Shown here one piece after another: positions 10,513 through 21,723 of a DNA stretch of 24,743 bases. The stretch is from contig NW_021823603.1 of assembly GCF_006345805.1 (NCBI RefSeq), forward strand, positions 1 through 24,743. Direction: 5' to 3'. How positions within the stretch are numbered: position 1 is the first letter of the stretch; each line of letters opens with the position of its first letter. The position numbers were made by a program, and so were the translations under genes. The DNA is from Octopus sinensis. Its lineage: Eukaryota. Below the pieces are notes generated by a model. It worked only from the letters and a program-made list of their open reading frames with translations. It had not been told where the DNA came from and did no database searches.

Positions 10513-11443
10513 ACTTCTGGAGGACAACTGAAGGTTCCTATGGGACAACCTGTTGCGGGCTACTGACCAGATCTGTGGCTGATGCAAAGGCCCACTTGAC
10601 CTAAGGTGGCATGGTGGTGGAACAATGTAGTTGACAAGGTCATTAGGGAAAAGAAACAGGCATGGAAGGACTGGAAGTGTGGTGGAAGCAGGGAACTGTA
10701 TCAGATCGCCAGAAGGGAAGCTAGGAGACAGGTTTACTTAGCCAGAAGGGAAGCAGGTAAGAATAAAAATTTGCCAATGTTCTTTCTTGTGTGGACCAGA
10801 GACTCAAAGTGTTTCATATTGCAAGACAGTGTGTGAGAGAGAATTGTGATGTCAAAAGAGAGAAATGTGTCTGCATGGATGATGGGTCACTTGCATTTAA
10901 TGATGCTGCAAAGAGAGAGACTTGGAGATACCACTATAAATGGTTCCTGAATGGGAGAAAGTGTGCCAAATGTTGACCTAACAGAGGGATCAGCTATTCA
11001 AATTGACAGTACCTTGGTAGATAAAGCAATTAAGGGTATGGAAGCAGGGAAAGCTCCTGCCTCATTAGGAATCACTGGTGTGATGCTTAAAATATCTGGT
11101 GGTGTAGGCTGTAGTCTAGTCACATGTATAGTCAAGCAGGTGATGCGCAAAGGGGTCATACCCAATGACTGCTGTTGCAGCACCATAATCAATTGCTACA
11201 AAGGTAAAGGTGATGCATTAGACAAAACTAATTACAGAGGTATGAAATTGTTGGACCAGGTGATGAAAGCCACGGAGAGGGACATAGCCCAACTAAATAG
11301 GGAGTGAGTTAGTTTAGATGAGATGCAGTTTGGGTTTGTGCCAGGGAGAAGCACTATTGATGCTATATTTCTGGTAAGACAGCTGTAGGAGAAATATCTA
11401 GTCAAAGATAGTCTCCATACATGGCATTCATTGACAAGGAGCC
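10513..11443 (+). pseudogene. RTE-clade LINE internal fragment (linker and N-terminal RT subdomains)
   Basis: Motifs WWWNNVV, GKAPASLGI (KAPGPDGI-like), YKGKGDALDKTNYRGMKLL, QFGFVPGRSTIDAIFLVRQL and YMAFID. It has stops and frameshifts and is truncated at both ends. Confidence 0.9.
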
Positions 11444-11670
11444 ATATATTTTTTTATTGAACTTAAAACATTTGACCCTTTAAATTAACTTTGGTACTCG
11501 CAGCTATCAGGTGACATTTTTTTCAGGGGTCCTTATGCCTCTGATCCATCTGTCCATAAGGGTATTCTTGGCCATTGAGGTGGTGGCATGGTGTCTACCT
11601 GTTTTCAGTTGACTGGGCCAGAAACATGGATAATCTTGCGAAAACAAACTCATAAAGCTAAAAAATAGGT

Positions 11671-11943
11671 TTATTGACTGAAATGACTAAATCTTTTTGA
11701 ATAGAGAAACATCAGGTGAGTTTTATTTCAAACAATTGTTTTCGGGTAAGGTCATAAATATAACTGTATTTATGTATAAGTAAATGTGTACCCAAGCACA
11801 TCTGCCCACACACACTCACTCTTACGTATGTTTTTACTTAGACATAAACACAGGTGACATTGTAGCTGGCCTAAATCTCATGTTTTCAAATAAAACTCAC
11901 CTGATTCTTCTATTCAGCAGGTATTAATCCTTTCATTCAATAA
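11671..11943. mobile_element. Degenerate foldback/MITE with ~60-bp inverted arms
   Basis: 11671-11733 (TTATTGACTGAAA..TGAATAG..ATCAGGTGAGTTTTATTT) is the reverse complement of 11883-11943 (AAATAAAACTCACCTGAT..CTATTCA..TTTCATTCAATAA). The arms may extend to ~11625 and ~12025. Confidence 0.65.
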
Positions 11944-12344
11944 TGCACAACAACCGTTTTTTTTTTCTTTTTTCTCTTTTTTTTTTTTTGCTTATTATTT
12001 TGACCTCTTGCAATTTCTATTCATGTGTATGTGTGTGTATATATGTATGCGTGTGTGCAACCACCTGCATGCTAATGTGTTTGTGTAGGGATGTGCCACA
12101 CCCCTCAAGACCTGGGCAGACATGAAGACTGCGTGAAAAGAAATCTGATACACCCTCGACCCTCCACCCCACCGAAGAAAGGAGAAGACTTTGGAAATTG
12201 CTTTTAAGTAAGAAACTCTGTCTGTCTGTCTGTCTATCTGTCTATATATATATGTATGGTGGCGCTCCAGCATGACCACAGCTGCATGACTGAAATGAGT
12301 AAAAGAAAACAATAAAACAATAGTATATATGTATACATATACAA

Positions 12345-12419
<75 letters not shown>

Positions 12420-13121
12420 CATTTGAAGTATTGTCCAGGTATATCTAAATGAAGAAGACTAATCAAATTTACAAACGTATTTAAAGGGTCTGAAACCTAG
12501 GTACTAGATTATCCGATTCTGGGTTGTCCATTTATCTAATGTTCTTCCTAGAGGTAAGATGGAATTCTTTATGTTCCCAGCCTTCACGCGTCTTTCCCAG
12601 TATATATACACAGTGAAGCTTTACTACAGGGTCGTAAATCTATTGACTGCTATTTCTAGTAAACATTGGTGCCTTGTTGTACCACTACTCTATATTTATA
12701 CTTCTACCTTTACCTGGTGTTTTATTTGACTGGAAAGTAAGACATTTGTATTGCAATATTTTAATTTTCATTGTGTGCGTGTATATATATATATATATGA
12801 ATGTATATACATGTATATATATGCACCTGAGCACTGTATACAATAATTTTATTATTATTATATTATTATTATTATATATATATAAAAATAATTAAATTAG
12901 AGATAAAAGCACTATTAGGCAAATCAAACAGTGTAAAACATAAACCAAGACAAATAAAAATAATATAATATACAAAATATATAAAATATAAAATATATAA
13001 AAAATTGCTTGGCCGCAATTTAATGACTGCAGGATCCAGTAAAAGATCAACATACACATACAAGTAAATATATTTACATGGTTATGTTCACACATTTGTT
13101 AATATATGTGTGTATATATAT

Positions 13122-13535
13122 ATCTTTTCTCTCTTTTTCTCTCGTTTACTTGTTTCAGTCTTTTGACTGTGGCCATGCTGGAGCACCACCTTCAAGTAGA
13201 GTAAATCGACCCCAGGACTTATTCTTTGTAAGCCTAGTACTTATTCTATCAGTCTCTTTTGCTGAACCGCTAAGTTACGGGGACATAAACACACCAGCAT
13301 CGGTTGTCAAGCAATGGTGGGGGGACAAACACAGACACACAAACATATATACACATACATATATATACATATATACGACGGGCTTCTTCCAGTTTCCGTC
13401 TACCAAATTCACTCACAAGGCTTTGGTCGGCCCGAGGCTATAGTAGAAGACACTTGCCCAAGGTGCCACGCAGTGGGACTGAACACAGAACCATGTGGTT
13501 GATAAGCAATCTACTGACCAAACAGTCACTTCTAC
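13122..13535 (-). mobile_element. Near full-length tRNA-derived SINE
   Basis: Reverse complement of the family at 19332-19735, with tRNA-like head, CCTTGGGCAAGTGTCTTCTACTATAG body, internal microsatellite and GGTGCTCCAGCATGGCC tail. Confidence 0.88.
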
Positions 13536-13586
<51 letters not shown>

Positions 13587-13871
13587 CATATGTATGTGTG
13601 ATGGACTCTCCAATTGAAAACAACATACGAGCATCCATCTTTTGCCCAAAGGTCTGCAGTAACAATTCCTTTACAGTGATGAAATGTTCATGCTATACTT
13701 TCACTCACTCTACCCATTAAATACATGTGCATGTGTGTGCATATATATATATATATATATACATATACATACATATACATACATTTACATACATATACAT
13801 ATATATACATATATATACATATACATATATATACATATACATATATATACATATACATATACATATACATT

Positions 13872-13916
<45 letters not shown>

Positions 13917-13922
13917 AACTGT

Positions 13923-14158
13923 TGTGTCTGGGGAGAGTGATTCACTTTTAGTGCCTTATTATTTAACACACTCACCAGTAAAATTTCCACTTATTTCTTA
14001 TTTTTATTTTCCAAAATTTTCGTTGCGTCAAGACTATTGAAAAGGTTGCAAGACGCAAGAAAAATTTTAGAAAATAAAAATAAGAAATAAGTGGAAATTT
14101 TACCGGTGAGTGGGTTAAATAATAAGGCACTAAAAGTGAATGACTCTCCCCAGACACA
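13923..14158. repeat. 236-bp palindrome (107-bp arms, 22-nt spacer); possible Penelope-like inverted terminus or MITE
   Basis: 13923-14029 is the reverse complement of 14052-14158 with only a few mismatches. Confidence 0.92.
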
Positions 14159-14345
14159 GAATATGCTTCAACACACGAACTCACATAAAGAATCTTGCAA
14201 ACCAAATCCAAAATCGAAATATATATATACACACACATATATATACATACATACATATGTGTGTGTGCATATATATATATAAATAAATAATACATATATA
14301 TATATATGTATACATATACATAATATGTGTGTGCGTGTGTGTATT

Positions 14346-14378
<33 letters not shown>

Positions 14379-14413
14379 TACACACACACACACATATATA
14401 TATACATATATAT

Positions 14414-14800
14414 AAATTTTGGCATTGAAAGCTACACCAATGCCAGAACGGGACGACACTGCATATTGCCAAAGATCCCAGCAATGCCATCGCACTTCGG
14501 GACCAGTTACTGCAACAGCCTGGGTTTCAGGGGCCCACAGCTTTTTAATATTCTCCTAAGGAACCTGAAGAACTTGCACAAAGTAAATGTAGGAGATTTT
14601 AAATCAAAGCTGGACCTCTTCCTGTCGAGAGTCTCAGATGAACCTCCCTCACGCCAAGAGGTGTAAATAAGGGTGGCTACATCAAACTCCATTCTTTACC
14701 AAGTGCCACAGATTGAAGGAGGCACTCAGTAATAACAGTGTAGCAAAACGGCAGTGCTCCAGCATGGCCGTAGCTCTGAGCTGAGACTACAGACATAAAA
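14414..14800 (+). mobile_element. 3' end of a second CR1/L2-group LINE family
   Basis: Translation reads [43 protein letters not shown], colinear with the C-terminus at 3410-3672. The 3' UTR contains GTGCTCCAGCATGGCC. Confidence 0.85.
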
Positions 14801-15088
14801 TATATATAATACATATGTGGGTGTTTTTATATTTACATATATATATATATATAATATATATATATACATACATATATATATATATGTATATATATCAACA
14901 TCATCATCGTTTAACGTCCGTTTTCCGTGCTAGCACAGATTATATATATATAGTACATACATATATATATATATTGAATATATACCAAATAATTGTCACA
15001 TATTACATTTACAGATATATATATAAACATATCTATATATATATACACATACATAAAACATACATAAATGTATACTACATACGTATGT

Positions 15089-15345
15089 GACGGTGGCACG
15101 TAAAATGCATCATTCAAGCATGCTTGATGCCAGCACTGCCTCAGTGGCCCTGATGCCTGTGGCACATAAAAAGCACCGACTTCATTCTCGGAGTGGTTGG
15201 CATTAGGAATGGTATCCACCTGCAGAAACTTTGCCAGATGAGATTGGGGTCTGGTGCAGCCTTCTGGTTTGCCAGCCCTCAGTCAAACCGTCCAATTCAT
15301 GCCAGCATGGAAGCAGACGTTAAAGACGATGACGATGATGATGAT
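15089..15345 (+). mobile_element. RTE-type 3' tail or RTE-dependent SINE fragment ending in (GAT)n
   Basis: Reads GGTTGGCATTAGGAATGGTATCCA..AGAAAC ... GCATGGAAGCAGACGTTAAA(GAT)n. An inverted tail stub lies at 14899-14936, a duplicate at 18076-18332 and a fragment at 20305-20362. Confidence 0.65.
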
Positions 15346-15374
15346 ACATATATGTCTCTATGTATGTATGTATT

Positions 15375-15492
15375 TGTAGCCCTCTTAGACATGCCAGTGG
15401 CCCCTCAGACAGCCATAGTTACAAGCTATGCTAACGATACAAAATTATCAGAGGCAATAAAAAAATCAAAGATGACATCGCAAGATTACAGC
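15375..15492 (+). pseudogene. Small LINE RT fragment with a mutated catalytic motif
   Basis: Translation ALLDMP..VTSYANDTKLSEAI (YADD changed to YAND), then DDIARLQ after a frameshift. Duplicated at ~18362-18479. Confidence 0.7.
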
Positions 15493-15734
15493 TGGGGCAA
15501 ACGACTGAGAAAAGCTGCAAGACCATGATGGTGCTCCAGCATGACCACAGCTACATGTGTAAAGAAACGTGTAAAAGAATAATATATCTGTGCGTGTGTG
15601 TATTATGAAACCATATCAAAACTTTCCTGAGTCATTGACTCACACAGCACAAATTATCGACTCATAAGGCTGGTTTCCCTTATTCTGTCATGTATATATT
15701 TCCCCCAATGAAGAGGAAGGTGGGCCATCGTTGG

Positions 15735-15875
15735 ATTCCTTGTTTTTACTAGCTGAATAAATTCGGGGAAGTGGAATGAAGAGTGTTGCTCAAGAAAACA
15801 ATCTATCACCCAATCCAGGAATTGAAACCTTAATCTTTGTATCATGAGTGCAACACACTAAAAATGTGCATCCAC
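15735..15875 (-). mobile_element. Degenerate tRNA-SINE head and core
   Basis: Minus strand has a B-box-like GGTTTCAATTCC followed by TTGTTTTCTTGAGCAACACTCTTCATTCCAC. Duplicated at +2987. Confidence 0.5.
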
Positions 15876-16058
15876 ACACTCGCACAGACACACATACACA
15901 AACACACATGTACAGGGGTATAAATATACACAAGTATACACCCTTATATATACATATATAATTAAACATATATATATACACATAAATACACACACACACA
16001 CAGTTACAGTAAATATATATATGCATATACATACATATATATATACACACACACACAA

Positions 16059-16102
<44 letters not shown>

Positions 16103-16124
16103 TATATATATTCATGTATGTGTG

Positions 16125-16335
16125 TGTCGCTGTTTGCCCTCCCATCCCCCCACAAACGGTTGACAACCGATGTTGGTGTATTTACATCCCCACACTTAGC
16201 AGTTCACCAAGAGAAACCGATAGAACAAAACCTTGGCTTACAAAGAATATGTCCTGGGGTCGATCTCTCTGAACCTTTAAGTCAGTGCTCCAGCGTGGCC
16301 ACATTCAGAAGATTGAAGCAAGTAAGAGAATAAAA
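16125..16335 (+). mobile_element. 3' half of a tRNA-SINE
   Basis: Reads TTGACAACCGATGTTGGTGT..ACCGATAGAA..GGGGTCGAT..GTGCTCCAGCGTGGCCAC. Duplicated at ~19112-19322. Confidence 0.8.
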
Positions 16336-16344
16336 TTATACATA

Positions 16345-16540
16345 GGTGTAGGAGTGGCTGTGTGGTAAGTAGCTTGCTTACCAGCCACATGGTTCCAGGT
16401 TCAGTCCCACTGCGTGGCACCTTGGGCAAGTGTCTTCTACTATAGCCTCAGGCCGACCAAAGCATTGTGAGTGGATTTGGTAGACAGAAACTGAAAGAAG
16501 CCCAGTGTATATATGTATATATATATGTGTGTGTGTGTGT
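16345..16540 (+). mobile_element. 5' half of a tRNA-SINE, cut at the duplication junction
   Basis: A-box-like TGGCTGTGTGG and B-box-like GGTTCAGTCCC. It matches 19332 onward but stops at the internal (TA)(TG) tract. Confidence 0.88.
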
Positions 16541-16853
16541 TGTGTGTGTGTGTGTGTGTATGCATATGTATGTGTGATGGACTCTCCAATTGAAAACAAC
16601 ATACGAGCATCCATCTTTTGCCCAAAGGTCTGCAGTAACAATTCCTTTACAGTGATGAAATGTTCATGCTATACTTTCACTCACTCTACCCATTAAATAC
16701 ATGTGCATGTGTGTGCATATATATATATATATATATATACATATACATACATATACATACATTTACATACATATACATATATATACATATATATACATAT
16801 ACATATATATACATATACATATATATACATATATATACATATACATATACATT

Positions 16854-16902
<49 letters not shown>

Positions 16903-16908
16903 AACTGT

Positions 16909-17144
16909 TGTGTCTGGGGAGAGTGATTCACTTTTAGTGCCTTATTATTTAACACACTCACCAGTAAAATTTCCACTTATTTCTTATTTTTATTTTCCAA
17001 AATTTTCGTTGCGTCAAGACTATTGAAAAGGTTGCAAGACGCAAGAAAAATTTTAGAAAATAAAAATAAGAAATAAGTGGAAATTTTACCGGTGAGTGGG
17101 TTAAATAATAAGGCACTAAAAGTGAATGACTCTCCCCAGACACA
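16909..17144. repeat. Second copy of the 236-bp palindrome
   Basis: Same sequence as 13923-14158 at offset 2986. Confidence 0.92.
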
Positions 17145-17333
17145 GAATATGCTTCAACACACGAACTCACATAAAGAATCTTGCAAACCAAATCCAAAAT
17201 CGAAATATATATATACACACACATATATATACATACATACATATGTGTGTGTGCATATATATATATAAATAAATAATACATATATATATATATATGTATA
17301 CATATACATAATATGTGTGTGCGTGTGTGTATT

Positions 17334-17366
<33 letters not shown>

Positions 17367-17401
17367 TACACACACACACACATATATATATACATATATA
17401 T

Positions 17402-17787
17402 AAATTTTGGCATTGAAAGCTACACCAATGCCAGAACGGGACGACACTGCATATTGCCAAAGATCCCAGCAATGCCATCGCACTTCGGGACCAGTTACTG
17501 CAACAGCCTGGGTTTCAGGGGCCCACAGCTTTTTAATATTCTCCTAAGGAACCTGAAGAACTTGCACAAAGTAAATGTAGGAGATTTTAAATCAAAGCTG
17601 GACCTCTTCCTGTCGAGAGTCTCAGATGAACCTCCCTCACGCAAGAGGTGTAAATAAGGGTGGCTACATCAAACTCCATTCTTTACCAAGTGCCACAGAT
17701 TGAAGGAGGCACTCAGTAATAACAGTGTAGCAAAACGGCAGTGCTCCAGCATGGCCGTAGCTCTGAGCTGAGACTACAGACATAAAA
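17402..17787 (+). mobile_element. Duplicate of the CR1-like LINE 3' end
   Basis: Matches 14414-14800 apart from a 1-bp deletion. Confidence 0.85.
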
Positions 17788-19048
17788 TATATATAATACA
17801 TATGTGGGTGTTTTTATATTTACATATATATATATATATATATATAAATAATACATGCATATATATATATATGTATATATATCAACATCATCATCGTTTA
17901 ACGTCCGTTTTCCGTGCTAGCACAGATTATATATATATAGTACATACATATATATATATATTGAATATATACCAAATAATTGTCACATATTACATTTACA
18001 GATATATATATAAACATATCTATATATATATACACATACATAAAACATACATAAATGTATACTACATACGTATGTGACGGTGGCACGTAAAATGCATCAT
18101 TCAAGCATGCTTGATGCCAGCACTGCCTCAGTGGCCCTGATGCCTGTGGCACATAAAAAGCACCGACTTCATTCTCGGAGTGGTTGGCATTAGGAATGGT
18201 ATCCACCTGCAGAAACTTTGCCAGATGAGATTGGGGTCTGGTGCAGCCTTCTGGTTTGCCAGCCCTCAGTCAAACCGTCCAATTCATGCCAGCATGGAAG
18301 CAGACGTTAAAGACGATGACGATGATGATGATACATATATGTCTCTATGTATGTATGTATTTGTAGCCCTCTTAGACATGCCAGTGGCCCCTCAGACAGC
18401 CATAGTTACAAGCTATGCTAACGATACAAAATTATCAGAGGCAATAAAAAAATCAAAGATGACATCGCAAGATTACAGCTGGGGCAAACGACTGAGAAAA
18501 GCTGCAAGACCATGATGGTGCTCCAGCATGACCACAGCTACATGTGTAAAGAAACGTGTAAAAGAATAATATATCTGTGCGTGTGTGTATTATGAAACCA
18601 TATCAAAACTTTCCTGAGTCATTGACTCACACAGCACAAATTATCGACTCATAAGGCTGGTTTCCCTTATTCTGTCATGTATATATTTCCCCCAATGAAG
18701 AGGAAGGTGGGCCATCGTTGGATTCCTTGTTTTTACTAGCTGAATAAATTCGGGGAAGTGGAATGAAGAGTGTTGCTCAAGAAAACAATCTATCACCCAA
18801 TCCAGGAATTGAAACCTTAATCTTTGTATCATGAGTGCAACACACTAAAAATGTGCATCCACACACTCGCACAGACACACATACACAAACACACATGTAC
18901 AGGGGTATAAATATACACAAGTATACACCCTTATATATACATATATAATTAAACATATATATATACATACATACATACACACACATACATGTATACATAC
19001 ATACATATATATACATATACATACATATATATATACACACACACACAA

Positions 19049-19101
<53 letters not shown>

Positions 19102-19331
19102 TGTATGTGTGTGTCGCTGTTTGCCCTCCCATCCCCCCACAAACGGTTGACAACCGATGTTGGTGTATTTACATCCCCACACTTAGCAGTTCACCAAGAG
19201 AAACCGATAGAACAAAACCTTGGCTTACAAAGAATATGTCCTGGGGTCGATCTCTCTGAACCTTTAAGTCAGTGCTCCAGCGTGGCCACATTCAGAAGAT
19301 TGAAGCAAGTAAGAGAATAAAATTATACATA

Positions 19332-19735
19332 GGTGTAGGAGTGGCTGTGTGGTAAGTAGCTTGCTTACCAGCCACATGGTTCCAGGTTCAGTCCCACTGC
19401 GTGGCACCTTGGGCAAGTGTCTTCTACTATAGCCTCAGGCCGACCAAAGCATTGTGAGTGGATTTGGTAGACAGAAACTGAAAGAAGCCCAGTGTATATA
19501 TGTATATATATATGTGTGTGTGTGTATGTTTGTGTTTGTGCGTGTGTGTGTCCCCAACATCGCTTGACAACTGATGCTGGTGTGTTTACGTAACATAGCG
19601 GTTCAGCAAAAGAGACCGATAGAATAAGTACTGGGCTTACAAAGAAAAAGTCCTGGTGTTGATTTGCTCGACTATACGCGGTGCTCCAGCGTGGCCACAG
19701 TCAAATGATTGTAACAAGTAAAAGAGTAAAGAATA
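19332..19735 (+). mobile_element. Full-length ~400-bp tRNA-derived SINE
   Basis: Has Pol III A- and B-box-like head, body, internal (TA)/(TG) tract and a LINE-like tail GCGGTGCTCCAGCGTGGCCACAGTCAAATGATTG ending in an A-rich terminus. Confidence 0.88.
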
Positions 19736-19938
19736 TACAAACAGGTGTGTGTGTGTGTATATATCCATGTATAAACATACATATGGATAAATACATATAT
19801 ATGTGTGTGTATATATAGATATACATGTGTGCATATATGGGTGTATATATGTAAGGAAGTTAGTGTATATATATATATATATTTCTACACACACACACAC
19901 ATACGCATACATATACACACATACACATATGCATACAT

Positions 19939-19977
<39 letters not shown>

Positions 19978-20049
19978 TTCATTGATATTATGCTTTTGGC
20001 TGATCAGAAAATTGTGATCCTTTTGTTAGCAGAAAATTGAAGAAAACCC

Positions 20050-20145
<96 letters not shown>

Positions 20146-20174
20146 CATATATATATACACACGAATATATATAC

Positions 20175-20205
<31 letters not shown>

Positions 20206-20303
20206 CATATATATATGTATATATATATATATATATATATACACATACATATATATATATGGATATATAAATATGGATATATATATATATATACATACAT
20301 ATA
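19736..20303. repeat. TA/CA-rich microsatellite block, including a long (TA)n at ~20054-20125
   Basis: Directly visible. Confidence 0.95.
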
Positions 20304-20362
20304 TGGAGCATCCAGCTGTAGAAACATTGCCAAATTAGACTGGAGCCTGGTGCAGCCTTCTG

Positions 20363-20393
20363 AGAGAGAGAGAGATAGAGAGAGAGAGAGGGA

Positions 20394-20425
<32 letters not shown>

Positions 20426-21477
20426 CTTATTTTATCGAACTTTCGTTAGCTTTGGCTGCCATTTCTAGCATATGGCTAGCCTTCTTGACGGCCTGATCGA
20501 TTTGCTCGGTCTGCCGCTTCGCTCTGAGTTCAAATTCCGCCGAGGTCGGCCTTGCTTTTCATTCGTTCGGGGTCGATTATATAAGTACCAGTTACGCACT
20601 GGGGTCAATATAATCGACTTAATACCTTTGTCTGTCTTTGTTTGTCTTCTGGGTGTTTAGCTCGTTGTGGGTAATAAAGAAATAGGTACGTTGTCTGCCG
20701 CTACGGTCTGAGTTCAAATTCCGCCGAGGTCGACTTTGCCTTTCATCCTTCGGGGTCGATAAATTAACATATACACAAAGACAGACAGACACACACACAC
20801 ACGCTCACACATACATACACACATACATAGAAACATACATACATAGATACATACATAAGTCAGAGAGAGAGTGCCGCTACATTGTTGCTCAGTATCCTAG
20901 AAATAGCAACCAAATCACCCTGTGATTACCTAACCCTTGTACATAGATGATAGTTGTGATTATCCCAGTCGTATTACCTGCTCATTTACGGCTGTCAGAG
21001 TTAGACAATAATTAATTTGCTACACAGCTGTAATCGACTTAATCGTCTGCTATTACGTTCTGAGTTCAAGTTCCGCCGAGGTCGACTGTGCCTTTCATCA
21101 TTTCAGGGTCGATAAATAAAGTACCAGTTTCGCACTGGGGTCGATGTAATCGACTTAATCCGTATGTCTGTCATTGTTTGTCCCCTGTGCGTTTAGCCCC
21201 TTGTGGGTAGTTAAGAAATAGGTATTTTGTCTGCCGCTCCGCTCTGAGTTCAAATTCCGCCGAGGTCGGCCTTGCTTTTCATTCGTTCGGGGTCGATTAT
21301 ATAAGTACCAGTTACGCACTGTGGTCAATATAATCGACTTAATACCTTTGTCTGTCTTTGTTTGTCTTCTGGGTGTTTAGCTCATTGTGGGTAATAAAGA
21401 AATAGGTACGTTGTCTGCCGCTACGGTCTGAGTTCAAATTCCGCCGAGGTCGACTTTGCCTTTCATCCTTCGGGGTC

Positions 21478-21511
<34 letters not shown>

Positions 21512-21521
21512 GGAGAGAGGG

Positions 21522-21553
<32 letters not shown>

Positions 21554-21554
21554 G

Positions 21555-21599
<45 letters not shown>

Positions 21600-21691
21600 G
21601 ATAGAGAGAGAGGGAGAGAGAGGGAGAGAGAGGGAGAGAGAGAGAGATGAGAGAGAGAGGAGAGAGAGAGATAGAGAGAGAGAGAGGGAGA

Positions 21692-21723
<32 letters not shown>

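Larger units (their letters stand above)
13583..19525 (+). repeat. Near-identical ~2.99-kb tandem duplication (copies ~13583-16540 and ~16559-19525)
   Basis: Non-repetitive segments recur at an offset of 2976-2988, for example the identical ORFs at 15193/18180 and 15654/18641. Differences are mostly in microsatellites, plus a 1-bp indel at ~14654/17642. Confidence 0.97.

Noticed and set aside
9518-11443. Transposase-RT fusion gene
   Set aside because: Both parts carry many stops and frameshifts and simply abut. Nested or adjacent decayed elements explain the arrangement.
16345-16420. tRNA gene
   Set aside because: It has A- and B-box-like motifs but no complete cloverleaf, and it runs into a SINE body present in several copies.
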